From assembly GCA_022710895.1 (NCBI GenBank), contig JAKLGB010000001.1:17446-67100 (forward strand): a stretch of 49,655 nt of DNA, written 5' to 3'. Shown in pieces: positions 32,649 to 40,729 of the stretch. Source of the DNA: Bacillota bacterium (GTDB taxonomy: Bacteria > Bacillota_I > Bacilli_A > Izemoplasmatales > Hujiaoplasmataceae). Within the stretch, counting starts at the first letter, position 1, and every line of letters begins with the position of its first letter. The notes below the pieces were generated by a model. That model was not told the origin of the DNA. It did not search any database and saw only the letters and a list, made by a program, of their open reading frames with translations. The translations under genes were made by a program, and so were the position numbers.

Positions 32649-34995
32649 CGCGATCATCTCCTTCCGTTTCGGGTTCGCTATCCGGAATAACGGAAGCGTT
32701 GGCGAGATAACAAATGCCTTGGAACGGGCAATGGACACAACTTTCGGATTCGGCTTCTTCGGGACCGGCCGGAACGGGAGTGATGGCGAAATCCCCATCT
32801 TCGATGGCGGAAACCGCATCGGCAATCCGCTTTTCCATCCGAACAAGATAGTCTCTCATCGTTTCCAGATCGGCGACTTTCGCCCGAACGGAAAAATCAC
32901 CGTCGGCCTTGAGAGTCAGGCTGCGGATGTCCCCGGAAGGATCCAGAGTTTTAGCAACATGGACGGATTTTAGGGTCATGCCGTTCATCTTCAATTTTTC
33001 TTTGAGGGGGTCTTTTTTTCCTCGGGAAATTTTTCCCAAATTGACCGGTTGATAATAAAAACCCGCCGGTATCAACGTGGGAAGGGTGCCGGAACGGTTC
33101 AGCAAATACAGGTAGAATACCAACTGAAGGTCCAACCCCTTTTCAAACGCCTCGTCACTGAACACTGGATTCCCGGTTTTATAGTCGATAATCGCAGCGA
33201 ACGTGCCCGAGGATTCCTCCAAGACACGGACCAAATCGATTTTTCCGAGGATGCGGAATTGCGGATGGTTCGGATAGAGAAAAGAGTAGACCTTTTCGAT
33301 CGAAAAATCCACGAACGAACTCTGGCTGCGGCGGTCAATCAATCTTTCCACCACGTGTTCCAAGCGATCGGAAAAACGCATGGCGAACCAAGTTGCCGTT
33401 GGATCCGCGGCCAAGAACTCATCGGTCAGGAGATAATCGGCAGCTGCTTCCTTCACTGTCAACGGACCTGAGAAAACGCGGGAGAGGATATGATGGGCCA
33501 AATTTCCTAAGGATAATTCCAAGGAGTTTTCCCGAGGACCGATTTTTAACAGATGCTGTAACAGAAAACGAAAACGGCATTGGTAAAAACACCCGAGACT
33601 GGTGGGCGAAAGCGTAACCCCTCGGGAAACGAGAGATTTCACTTGCTCGGAGCGTAATCCCCGGAATTGGGGATTGAATTTTTCCGTTCGAAGGGGGAAA
33701 GTCGTTTTCAATAGGCCGAAATCCTCCGATCGACGGCCAAACCGTTCCCATTCGTGACGGCGCTTGGCAAAAAGCAAGCGATCGAACTCCCGCGATCGCG
33801 ACAACGGCCGGGCGAGCAGATGGTATTCGCTCGCCACCATCGCCCGACTGAGCGGAAACCGCGGGGGTTTGTTTTCCCGTCCATCTCCCTTTTTGGGATA
33901 AAACAGCGATAAATCCGGAACGGATTCGAGTTGTCGAACGGTTTCTTCACGGCGCCATGCATTGACTTGCATCGATGTTGGCATCCCCAAAGCGGCCTTT
34001 TGGGCATCGGAAAGATAATCGACGTCGATTTCCAAGGGGGGGACCCCATCCTCGGTAAAGTTCATCCAAAAATACCGGATTTCCGGGTCTGGTACCATCT
34101 CATTCGCGGTAATCCACCGGACGGCCCCGGCGGAGGCAGGAAAAAACAACTTCGATTTTTCGATTTCGTGTTTCAGTAATTCGGGTTCCTCTGAAAGGGC
34201 TGAAATCCCATATCGGTTGACAATGGCGAGAAGAGCGGAATCGAGACGACGGTCCGATTCCTCGGCCGGTTCCTCTCGGTTTTCCAGCGCGGACTTGACA
34301 GATTCCTGATCCATTCTCCGAAGAAAACGTTGGACCCGTGGAAAACGGGTCAGTGGAATATTTCGATCTTCATCCAAAGAAAATCCATACATCCATGCTT
34401 CCAGGGCCATCCGGGTTTTATCTGCCGTAGTGGCGTTGACTACGGCGATCGATTCCGGTTTCTTTCCCGCCGCCAGCGCTTCCGCCACCTGTTCCACGAC
34501 CGCGTGAACTTGGGAGGAAGCATCTTCGCATTCCCAAAGCGGGATTTCCCCGATCATCGTTTTCCACGTCCATTGCGATCGGATCCCCAAACGATAAAGA
34601 ATCGAGGGCACTTCGGAACGATTCAACGCGATGAGGTCGACTCCATGAAGTTCCGGCATGACGGGCGGAAAATACCACTCTTTAGCGATCATGGCTTGGC
34701 GAATTCGCCATAACGATTGTAGTTCGGGATCGGGATGATTTTCAGCCCCGTCGAGAAAATCGAAAAACCGAAACATTTTTTCGGCGTGGTCGTAGCCGAT
34801 TCCGAAAGTCTTTCGGATCCAGGAGAGACCCCCATCGCGGAAACGACCGGAAAAGGCGTCGGGTCGGAGAAAACGGAGATTCGTCAAGCGTCCCTCCGCG
34901 TGAACCTTGGCCAAAAAGGCCTTCTGTTCAGGCGTGCGGGCCAGAATCAAAGTGTCGGGGGGTAGTTCGTTCCATGCATTCCAACGGTCAGGCAT
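32632..34995 (-). CDS. addB: helicase-nuclease subunit B (AddB type, short, with Fe-S cysteines)
   Basis: PD-(D/E)xK motif AAIIDYKTG. The Cys set FYQC...CVHCPFQGIC fits the AddB 4Fe-4S staple. It lies directly upstream of and overlapping addA. ATG at 34995 lies 7 nt from a GGAAGGTGAG SD. I see no Walker A. Confidence 0.8.
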   Translation of the reverse strand: MPDRWNAWNELPPDTLILARTPEQKAFLAKVHAEGRLTNLRFLRPDAFSGRFRDGGLSWIRKTFGIGYDHAEKMFRFFDFLDGAENHPDPELQSLWRIRQAMIAKEWYFPPVMPELHGVDLIALNRSEVPSILYRLGIRSQWTWKTMIGEIPLWECEDASSQVHAVVEQVAEALAAGKKPESIAVVNATTADKTRMALEAWMYGFSLDEDRNIPLTRFPRVQRFLRRMDQESVKSALENREEPAEESDRRLDSALLAIVNRYGISALSEEPELLKHEIEKSKLFFPASAGAVRWITANEMVPDPEIRYFWMNFTEDGVPPLEIDVDYLSDAQKAALGMPTSMQVNAWRREETVRQLESVPDLSLFYPKKGDGRENKPPRFPLSRAMVASEYHLLARPLSRSREFDRLLFAKRRHEWERFGRRSEDFGLLKTTFPLRTEKFNPQFRGLRSEQVKSLVSRGVTLSPTSLGCFYQCRFRFLLQHLLKIGPRENSLELSLGNLAHHILSRVFSGPLTVKEAAADYLLTDEFLAADPTATWFAMRFSDRLEHVVERLIDRRSQSSFVDFSIEKVYSFLYPNHPQFRILGKIDLVRVLEESSGTFAAIIDYKTGNPVFSDEAFEKGLDLQLVFYLYLLNRSGTLPTLIPAGFYYQPVNLGKISRGKKDPLKEKLKMNGMTLKSVHVAKTLDPSGDIRSLTLKADGDFSVRAKVADLETMRDYLVRMEKRIADAVSAIEDGDFAITPVPAGPEEAESESCVHCPFQGICYLANASVIPDSEPETEGDDRDGLDS

Positions 34996-35022
34996 TGCGG
35001 TTCTCACCTTCCGATCATTTCC

Positions 35023-35031
35023 ATTATATCA
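35023..35031 (-). promoter_or_regulatory. extended -10 element (TGATATAAT) upstream of addB
   Basis: Lies about 28 nt upstream of the addB ATG. The -35 is poor. Confidence 0.4.
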
Positions 35032-35091
35032 TAGGTTTTCTCCGCCCGAAGGGGAAACGGGAACGAATGCACAGAAAAATCACGATAGCAA

Positions 35092-35116
35092 TAAAAAAGC
35101 CCCGCAAAGGGGGCCG
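35092..35116 (-). terminator. intrinsic terminator after hsp20
   Basis: Minus strand reads GCCCC-ctttgc-GGGGC followed by TTTTTTAT. Confidence 0.7.
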
Positions 35117-35128
35117 GCGAGCTCAAGC

Positions 35129-35551
35129 TTATTCGATGTCGATGTACTTTTTTTCTTTGACGAGCGAACCCTGTTTCGGAATCGACAGCGTCAAAATCCC
35201 ACGATCGTAAGCAGCCTTGATGTCTTCTTGGGTGATGTCTTCGCCCACGAAGAACGTGCGAGCCGCGGTGCCGTAGAAACGTTCCCGACGCAGGAAATGA
35301 TACTCTTTCTTCTCCTTGGAGTCTTCCCGTTTGGCTTCGACGGTCAAATATCCGTTTTCCAAACTGATTTTGATGTCTTCCTTGCCGAAACCGGGGACTT
35401 CGATGTCCAAGGAATAGCCTTTTTCGTTTTCCTGAATGTCCGTCCGCATGCATTGCTGAAGGTTCCGCGTGGAAGGAGTGGTGAAGAAACCGTCAAAGAA
35501 GTCATTGAAGAAATCCAGATCCGAGTTGTTGCGACGTGCTAAAGTGTTCAT
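35129..35551 (-). CDS. Hsp20/alpha-crystallin small heat-shock protein
   Basis: Alpha-crystallin domain: DIQENEKGYSLDIEVPGFGKEDIKISLENGYLTV, AYDRGILTLSIPK. ATG at 35551 has a TAGGAGGT SD. Confidence 0.9.
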   Translation of the reverse strand: MNTLARRNNSDLDFFNDFFDGFFTTPSTRNLQQCMRTDIQENEKGYSLDIEVPGFGKEDIKISLENGYLTVEAKREDSKEKKEYHFLRRERFYGTAARTFFVGEDITQEDIKAAYDRGILTLSIPKQGSLVKEKKYIDIE

Positions 35552-35583
35552 AATGATACCTCCTAATGAGTTATGGTTGGTTT

Positions 35584-35610
35584 TTAGCACTCTTCTTTCC
35601 TGAGTGCCAA
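35584..35610. promoter_or_regulatory. CIRCE operator (HrcA site) B, downstream of the hsp20 -10
   Basis: TTAGCACTC-N9-GAGTGCCAA; 17/18 arm positions match the TTAGCACTC-N9-GAGTGCTAA consensus. Confidence 0.85.
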
Positions 35611-35614
35611 CTTT

Positions 35615-35642
35615 ATTATATCACGTTTGTTAGCAATGTCAA
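35615..35642 (-). promoter_or_regulatory. sigma-A promoter of hsp20 (TTGACA-16-TATAAT)
   Basis: Minus strand reads TTGACA ttgctaacaaacgtga TATAAT. The -35 lies inside CIRCE A. Confidence 0.7.
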
Positions 35643-35656
35643 GCATTGAGTGCTAA
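35630..35656. promoter_or_regulatory. CIRCE operator (HrcA site) A, overlapping the hsp20 -35
   Basis: Minus strand reads TTAGCACTC-aatgcttga-CATTGCTAA; 16/18 arm positions match. Confidence 0.8.
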
Positions 35657-35680
35657 TTTTTAAATTTTTTTTAGTTTATG

Positions 35681-35704
35681 AAAAAAGACACTAAAAGTGT
35701 CTTT
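35681..35704 (-). terminator. intrinsic terminator after cysK
   Basis: Minus strand reads AAAGACAC-tttta-GTGTCTTT followed by TTTCAT. Confidence 0.7.
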
Positions 35705-36629
35705 AGTTGAATAAGATCGTGGATAAGTATCGTTCCCCCGAATCAGGAAAGATGATGACCACGGTTTTTCCCCGGTTTTCTTCCTGCTTGGCAATCTGTA
35801 ATGCCCCGGCCAAAGCGGCCCCGGAGGAAATGCCAACGAGAATTCCTTCGGCCTTCGATACTTCACGGGCGGCTTTGAGCGCATCTTCCCCCGAAACACA
35901 GATAATTTGATCGATGATTTCGCGATTCAGGGTTTTGGGGACAAACCCCGCTCCGATGCCTTGAATGGGATGGGAGCCCGGTTGACCCCCGGAAAGCACG
36001 GGAGACGCTTCGGGTTCCACCGCGGCGACCTTGATCTGGGGATTTCGTTCCTTTAGATATTTCCCCGTTCCGCTGACGGTTCCTCCGGTTCCAACCCCCG
36101 ACACAAGCCAGTCGACCTGTCCGTCCGTGTCGATCCAAATCTCGGGTCCCGTCGTGCGGTAATGAACTTCGGGATTTGCGGGGTTTTCAAACTGAGAGGG
36201 AATGAAAGCTCCATCGATCTCCCGTGCGAGTTCTTCGGCTTTTGCGATCGCCCCGCGCATGCCTTTGGTTCCTTCCGTGAGCACAAGTTCGGAACCGAGA
36301 GCCAGAATCAGTTTCCGACGTTCGACCGACATCGTGTCCGGCATCACAATGATCGAACGATACCCTTTTGCGCGTGCCACGGAGGAAAGACCGATTCCGG
36401 TGTTGCCGCTGGTGGGTTCGATGATGGTCGATCCCGGACGAAGTTTGCCTTCTTTTTCGGCCGCTTCGACCATCGCTAAGGCGATCCGGTCTTTGACGGA
36501 TCCGGTCGGATTGAACGATTCCAATTTGGCAAGCAGACGAACCGACAGTCCATGCGCTTTTTCGATTCCTCTCAAGCGGAGCAAGGGCGTTTTGCCGATC
36601 AATTCGGCGGTATGGTTGGCAATGTTCAT
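35703..36629 (-). CDS. cysK: cysteine synthase A (O-acetylserine sulfhydrylase)
   Basis: IGKTPLLRL, the PLP lysine context NPTGSVKDR, TSGNTGI and GTGGT. Confidence 0.93.
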   Translation of the reverse strand: MNIANHTAELIGKTPLLRLRGIEKAHGLSVRLLAKLESFNPTGSVKDRIALAMVEAAEKEGKLRPGSTIIEPTSGNTGIGLSSVARAKGYRSIIVMPDTMSVERRKLILALGSELVLTEGTKGMRGAIAKAEELAREIDGAFIPSQFENPANPEVHYRTTGPEIWIDTDGQVDWLVSGVGTGGTVSGTGKYLKERNPQIKVAAVEPEASPVLSGGQPGSHPIQGIGAGFVPKTLNREIIDQIICVSGEDALKAAREVSKAEGILVGISSGAALAGALQIAKQEENRGKTVVIIFPDSGERYLSTILFN

Positions 36630-36633
36630 GATT

Positions 36634-37518
36634 TTATTCCTTTCCTTTTTCCTTCACTTGGAGTTCGGGAATCTTTTGCGATACTTTGGAACCGCCTTTG
36701 AGTGATTCGGTAAGAAAAACATTGGATCCGATCACCGAGTCGGACCCGATCACCGTGTCCCCACCGAGGATCGAAGCTCCGGCATAGATCGTCACCCGAT
36801 CGCCGATCGTCGGATGGCGTTTGGTGCCTTGAAGTCGGTGTCCGCCTTTGGTGGACAGGGCTCCGAGAGTGACGCCTTGATAAATTTTTACCTCATCTCC
36901 AATGACGGTGGTTTCCCCGATCACAACACCCGTTCCGTGGTCAATGAAAAAAGAACGTCCGATTCGGGCCCCGGGATGAATGTCGATTCCGGTTTCGCGG
37001 TGGGCGAATTCCGTCAGCATTCGCGGAATCAAAGGAACCTTCAGTTCCCACAAACGATGAGCGATCCGGTAAATCATGATGGCATACATCCCCGGATAGG
37101 AAATGACGATTTCGTCACGGTTGAAGGCCGCCGGATCCCCGACAAAATGAGCTTCAAGATCCAGAATCAGGGATTCGCGGATCGTGGGAAGCGAAACCAA
37201 AAAATCCGCAGAGAGGGCGCGAGCTTGGGGAAGTACGACGGGCTTTCGATGTTCGTCCGTCAAATACAACAATGCCGAGGCCACCTGACGGGTGAGCACC
37301 TTCCGCAAGTGGGCGACGGTCCGGGCGGTTCGGGAACGCCGACCCGAACCATCATCTTCGGAAACAGAAAAATACCCCGGGTAAATTAGTTCCTTGGACA
37401 GAGTAACGATGGATTTAATTTGCCGGTTGGAGGGAAGACTGCACGCACAGTGATCTTTGTGCAGCGGTTGGAGACGATAAGCTTCCATCAACCGATCGAC
37501 GATCGGATCTGGTTTCAT
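36634..37518 (-). CDS. cysE: serine O-acetyltransferase (long N-terminal form)
   Basis: Hexapeptide-repeat C-terminus ([43 protein letters not shown]). The start is either ATG 37518 (GAAGG upstream) or ATG 37545. Confidence 0.88.
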   Translation of the reverse strand: MKPDPIVDRLMEAYRLQPLHKDHCACSLPSNRQIKSIVTLSKELIYPGYFSVSEDDGSGRRSRTARTVAHLRKVLTRQVASALLYLTDEHRKPVVLPQARALSADFLVSLPTIRESLILDLEAHFVGDPAAFNRDEIVISYPGMYAIMIYRIAHRLWELKVPLIPRMLTEFAHRETGIDIHPGARIGRSFFIDHGTGVVIGETTVIGDEVKIYQGVTLGALSTKGGHRLQGTKRHPTIGDRVTIYAGASILGGDTVIGSDSVIGSNVFLTESLKGGSKVSQKIPELQVKEKGKE

Positions 37519-37581
37519 CGGATCGACCTTCTTTCTTGACCTCATTATATCATTGTTCGGTTCAGTCGTCTTTCCGGACGA

Positions 37582-37608
37582 TAAAAAAACGATCGGGGAC
37601 CGATCGTC
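37582..37608 (-). terminator. intrinsic terminator after the Trx-DsbD gene
   Basis: Minus strand reads ACGATCGG-tccc-CGATCGT followed by TTTTTTTAT. Confidence 0.8.
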
Positions 37609-38821
37609 AAAACGATAAGAATAACCATTGCGGAAAAAAGATCAAAAGAAAACCTAAGATGACCATGATCGCACCGCCGATCAGTTGCGAAATGCGGCTG
37701 TATCGGTTGGTGATTCCCGTCACCCTAAGGGTGATCATGGCGATCGCGAACACGATCAAGTCGTCCAAAAGGAAGAAAAAGACATACAGTCCGATCAATG
37801 CCAACGTGGCTCCGTCCGCAACCTGATGAAAAGCGAGAAGATTGGCGAACAGAAGCGGTAGGCCGGCGGAGCAGGCCAATTCGACGGCATTCACGGAAAT
37901 CGCCAACAGGATGATTCCGCCCAGGGCCAGCCACAGGCTTTTTTGGGCGAGGATCTCGCGAATCCTGGAGATGGTCTTTTTTTTCTGTTCGGTGCCGGTG
38001 ACTTCGCATCCGATCTCGCCGGTAGGAGGTTTGCGAAAATGGCGAAACAGATTCCAACCGCCGAATCCGATCGCGGCAATGCCGATCGCCACCCGAACCC
38101 AAAGCAATCCGGCGATCGACCAAACCAACCGCACCCAGGCGGTCATCACCAAAAAATACATCAAAGCGGAGGTTAGAAGGAAAGCCGATCCCAGAATCCA
38201 CATCCGTTTCCGATTCTTCTCTTGAGCCAACAAGGTGATCAGCAACAACAAAATCCACATCGCGCAAGGATTGAAACCGTCGACGATTCCCAGGAAAAAG
38301 GCCGCCGCCCCCAGCGAAACCGTTTCGATGGGGACTTTTCCCAAGAAGGGGATCCAAATCAAGTCCCCCGTTACGTACGAAAGACTGTCGAAATCCGCAA
38401 GGTCCACCGGAATTCCGTCGATCACTTTTTGGACAATGTCGGTTCCGGGGGTTTCCGAATATCGATCGATCAATCGCCGGATATCCGCTTCCGTTTGGGG
38501 ATTGAAACCCGTCATCGCCACACCCCCGATGATCGTCATCGGTGTTTCTCCGGCAATCTCGTATGGCGCGTCCTCCAACATGGAAATCACATTTGAAAAT
38601 AAGGTGCCTTCTTGAGTGACGTCGTAACGATGGACTGAAAGTTGGGGAAATTCCGCAGTCAATCCGTCCAAAAAGGCCGCTTCTTCCTGACAATGAGGGC
38701 AAGTCGGGCTGTAAAAGAAATGCAAAGTCACGGGTTGAACGGCTCTAACGGTAGGGAAAAACCATCCCGTCAGCAAACCCAAAAGCAAAAGAGAAAAGAT
38801 CCATCGACCCCAACGATTCAT
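37607..38821 (-). CDS. fusion protein: signal/TM + extracytoplasmic thioredoxin-fold domain (CPHC) + DsbD/CcdA-like transmembrane electron-transfer domain
   Basis: [13 protein letters not shown] after an N-terminal hydrophobic segment. Membrane part carries [13 protein letters not shown] and [10 protein letters not shown] Cys motifs. ATG overlaps the upstream stop (ATGA) and has a GGAGGAG SD. Confidence 0.75.
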   Translation of the reverse strand: MNRWGRWIFSLLLLGLLTGWFFPTVRAVQPVTLHFFYSPTCPHCQEEAAFLDGLTAEFPQLSVHRYDVTQEGTLFSNVISMLEDAPYEIAGETPMTIIGGVAMTGFNPQTEADIRRLIDRYSETPGTDIVQKVIDGIPVDLADFDSLSYVTGDLIWIPFLGKVPIETVSLGAAAFFLGIVDGFNPCAMWILLLLITLLAQEKNRKRMWILGSAFLLTSALMYFLVMTAWVRLVWSIAGLLWVRVAIGIAAIGFGGWNLFRHFRKPPTGEIGCEVTGTEQKKKTISRIREILAQKSLWLALGGIILLAISVNAVELACSAGLPLLFANLLAFHQVADGATLALIGLYVFFFLLDDLIVFAIAMITLRVTGITNRYSRISQLIGGAIMVILGFLLIFFPQWLFLSF

Positions 38822-39081
38822 CGCAACCACTCCTCCGCCCATCGGGCCAAATCTTTGGCGGATTTTTCCCCGATGACCCGCGTCACTTCCAAATCGTTTT
38901 TCATTAAAATGACCACCGGGAGAAGGGTCCCAACGGCTAAGTTTTCGACCCGTTGAGGTTGTTCGTCATAATCGACTTCTTCGATCTCGATCTCGGGATG
39001 GGTCGCGAAAACCTTATTCCATCGCGACCGCATGATCAAGCAACTGGGGCACCAAAGGGCGCCGACTCGAACCGCTTTCAT
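38818..39081 (-). CDS. small thioredoxin-fold protein (CPSC)
   Basis: 87 aa, VGALWCPSCLIMRSRW, no signal peptide. ATGA overlaps at both ends. Confidence 0.7.
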   Translation of the reverse strand: MKAVRVGALWCPSCLIMRSRWNKVFATHPEIEIEEVDYDEQPQRVENLAVGTLLPVVILMKNDLEVTRVIGEKSAKDLARWAEEWLR

Positions 39082-40190
39082 CGTCCCAACTCCGCCCCGA
39101 GGGCTTCGATCAAGGCGTCAATTTCATCCACAGTGGTCAAACGCGATAAGCTGATACGCACGCTCGTCCTTGCCCTCTGTTCTTCTTGCGTCAACCGAAA
39201 GACCGCTTCCGAACGTCCCTTTCCGGAATGACAGGCGCTTTGCGTGGACACGCAGATGCCCCGAGCGTCGAGCCGAGCCCGCATCTGTTCGGCAGGAATC
39301 GGGAGAACGCTGATATTGAGAATGTGGGGAATGGCCGAAACCGGTGAATTGATGCGAACTTCCGGGAACGCCGCCAAACGTTCCCGCAAATAGACGTTCA
39401 GTCCGTAAACATGCCGCAGTTGGTCGTCTTCACGATCCATTGCCAGTCCGAGGGCGACCGCCAAAGAAACATGAAGTGGCGTGGGCGGGGTTCCGGATCG
39501 ATATTCCGTGGTGGAATGTCCGCCATGGATTTGCGGTTCTAATATGACGTTTTTTTTGCGCAGAAGGGCTCCTACGCCTTTCAAACCGAAGATTTTATGT
39601 CCCGAAAAGGTGGCCAGGTCCACCATGGACACGTCGACGGGAATTTTCCCAATGGCTTGAGTCATGTCCGAATGGAAGGTGATGTAAGGGTATTTGTCCA
39701 ACAATCGGCCGATTTCGTCGATGGGTTGACGAATACCGATTTCCCCATGGACCGCGCCCACCGACACCAAAATCGTGTCCGGACGCAACAGGGCTTGGAG
39801 CGAATCCAATCTGACGGTTCCGTCACTTCCGGTTTCGGCAAATTCGACTTCAAAGCCTTCGCGTTGAAGAACGCCGAAAGAAGCGATCACGGAAGCGTGT
39901 TCGTACGGAGTGGTGATCACATGTTTTCCCAAATGCCGTTTTTTATCCGCCAAACCCTTGATGGCCAAATTGTTCGCTTCGGTCGCACCGCTGGTAAATA
40001 TCACCTGATGTTCCGGGGCGAGGAGGCGACGAAGAATCATTTCGGACGCGGATTCCGTTTGATTCCGGGCGGCTTTTCCGCTCTGGTGTTCGGAATTCTC
40101 ATTACCGGGATACCCCATCGCGACCGCGTTGAAGGCGGATACCACGGCCGGATCGGGAGGAGTCGTGGCGGTATAGTCTAAATAGATCAT
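39078..40190 (-). CDS. class V aminotransferase / cysteine desulfurase (NifS/IscS-like)
   Basis: MIYLDYTATTP, FTSGATEANN, PLP lysine context FSGHKIFG, and catalytic Cys SACHSG. ATG at 40190 has a GGAGAAAACCG SD; the upstream ORF-track extension is not coding. Confidence 0.9.
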   Translation of the reverse strand: MIYLDYTATTPPDPAVVSAFNAVAMGYPGNENSEHQSGKAARNQTESASEMILRRLLAPEHQVIFTSGATEANNLAIKGLADKKRHLGKHVITTPYEHASVIASFGVLQREGFEVEFAETGSDGTVRLDSLQALLRPDTILVSVGAVHGEIGIRQPIDEIGRLLDKYPYITFHSDMTQAIGKIPVDVSMVDLATFSGHKIFGLKGVGALLRKKNVILEPQIHGGHSTTEYRSGTPPTPLHVSLAVALGLAMDREDDQLRHVYGLNVYLRERLAAFPEVRINSPVSAIPHILNISVLPIPAEQMRARLDARGICVSTQSACHSGKGRSEAVFRLTQEEQRARTSVRISLSRLTTVDEIDALIEALGAELGR

Positions 40191-40231
40191 CGGTTTTCTC
40201 CTTTCCGGGGAAAGAGAATCGGCAGAGCCGA

Positions 40232-40729
40232 TCATTGGCCTTTTTCGATTGGAAAATATAGATCCAACTCTCCTTGAGGATAGAGAGGAAGGTAGGATTC
40301 CTGAATCGCCCCCACCAAAAGATGGCCTTGGGAGGGCAGATATTCTTTGGTCATATATCGCATGGCTTCGGCATAGGTACGCATCGTACAATGGACTACG
40401 GCGAAACGAAAGGAGGGGATGACCCAGCGGGACCAGCCTTCGGGAGCTTTCGCCTCCCACCAAGTTTCACAACCCGCCAAATACCGCCCGCGGCCATCGC
40501 GCCAAGGACGGTCGGTGCGGTCCATATCGGTCATCGCACCCCAGAAACCGCTCAAACGACCATCATCCGCTTTTTTGGCAAAATTCGCAATTTCGGAAAA
40601 ATGCTCGTTGGCGGATTTCCATAGCGGAGCGATCCAGGATAAACTGTCCTGAGAAGGTCCCGCTCCTTCTTTTCCGATGACGGCAAAAGCGGGTTTATCA
40701 ACGATCCGGACATCGAACATAAGGATCAT
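40232..40729 (-). CDS. GyrI-like/AraC effector-binding-domain small-molecule-binding protein
   Basis: VRIVDKPAFAVIGKEG, FWGAM, and the two-lobed GyrI-like layout. ATG at 40729 overlaps the lpdA TGA. Confidence 0.7.
   Translation of the reverse strand: MILMFDVRIVDKPAFAVIGKEGAGPSQDSLSWIAPLWKSANEHFSEIANFAKKADDGRLSGFWGAMTDMDRTDRPWRDGRGRYLAGCETWWEAKAPEGWSRWVIPSFRFAVVHCTMRTYAEAMRYMTKEYLPSQGHLLVGAIQESYLPLYPQGELDLYFPIEKGQ

Noticed and set aside
32649-32846. N-terminal 66-aa extension of the addA ORF
   Set aside because: It overlaps the AddB C-terminus. The UvrD-type N-terminus (MDWTREQ..AGSGKT) starts at 32648, with the SD at proper spacing.
35719-35726. DnaA-box-like GTGGATAA
   Set aside because: It is a single imperfect box inside the cysK coding sequence, with no cluster and no AT-rich unwinding element.
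37546-37606. T-box or S-box leader upstream of cysE
   Set aside because: The gap is only about 60 nt and is filled by the terminator of the upstream gene. It is too short, and no specifier or T-box sequence is present.
40191-40463. N-terminal 91-aa extension of the cysteine desulfurase ORF
   Set aside because: The extension overlaps the GyrI-like gene and the intergenic hairpin. The canonical MIYLDYTATTP start has a good SD at 40190.
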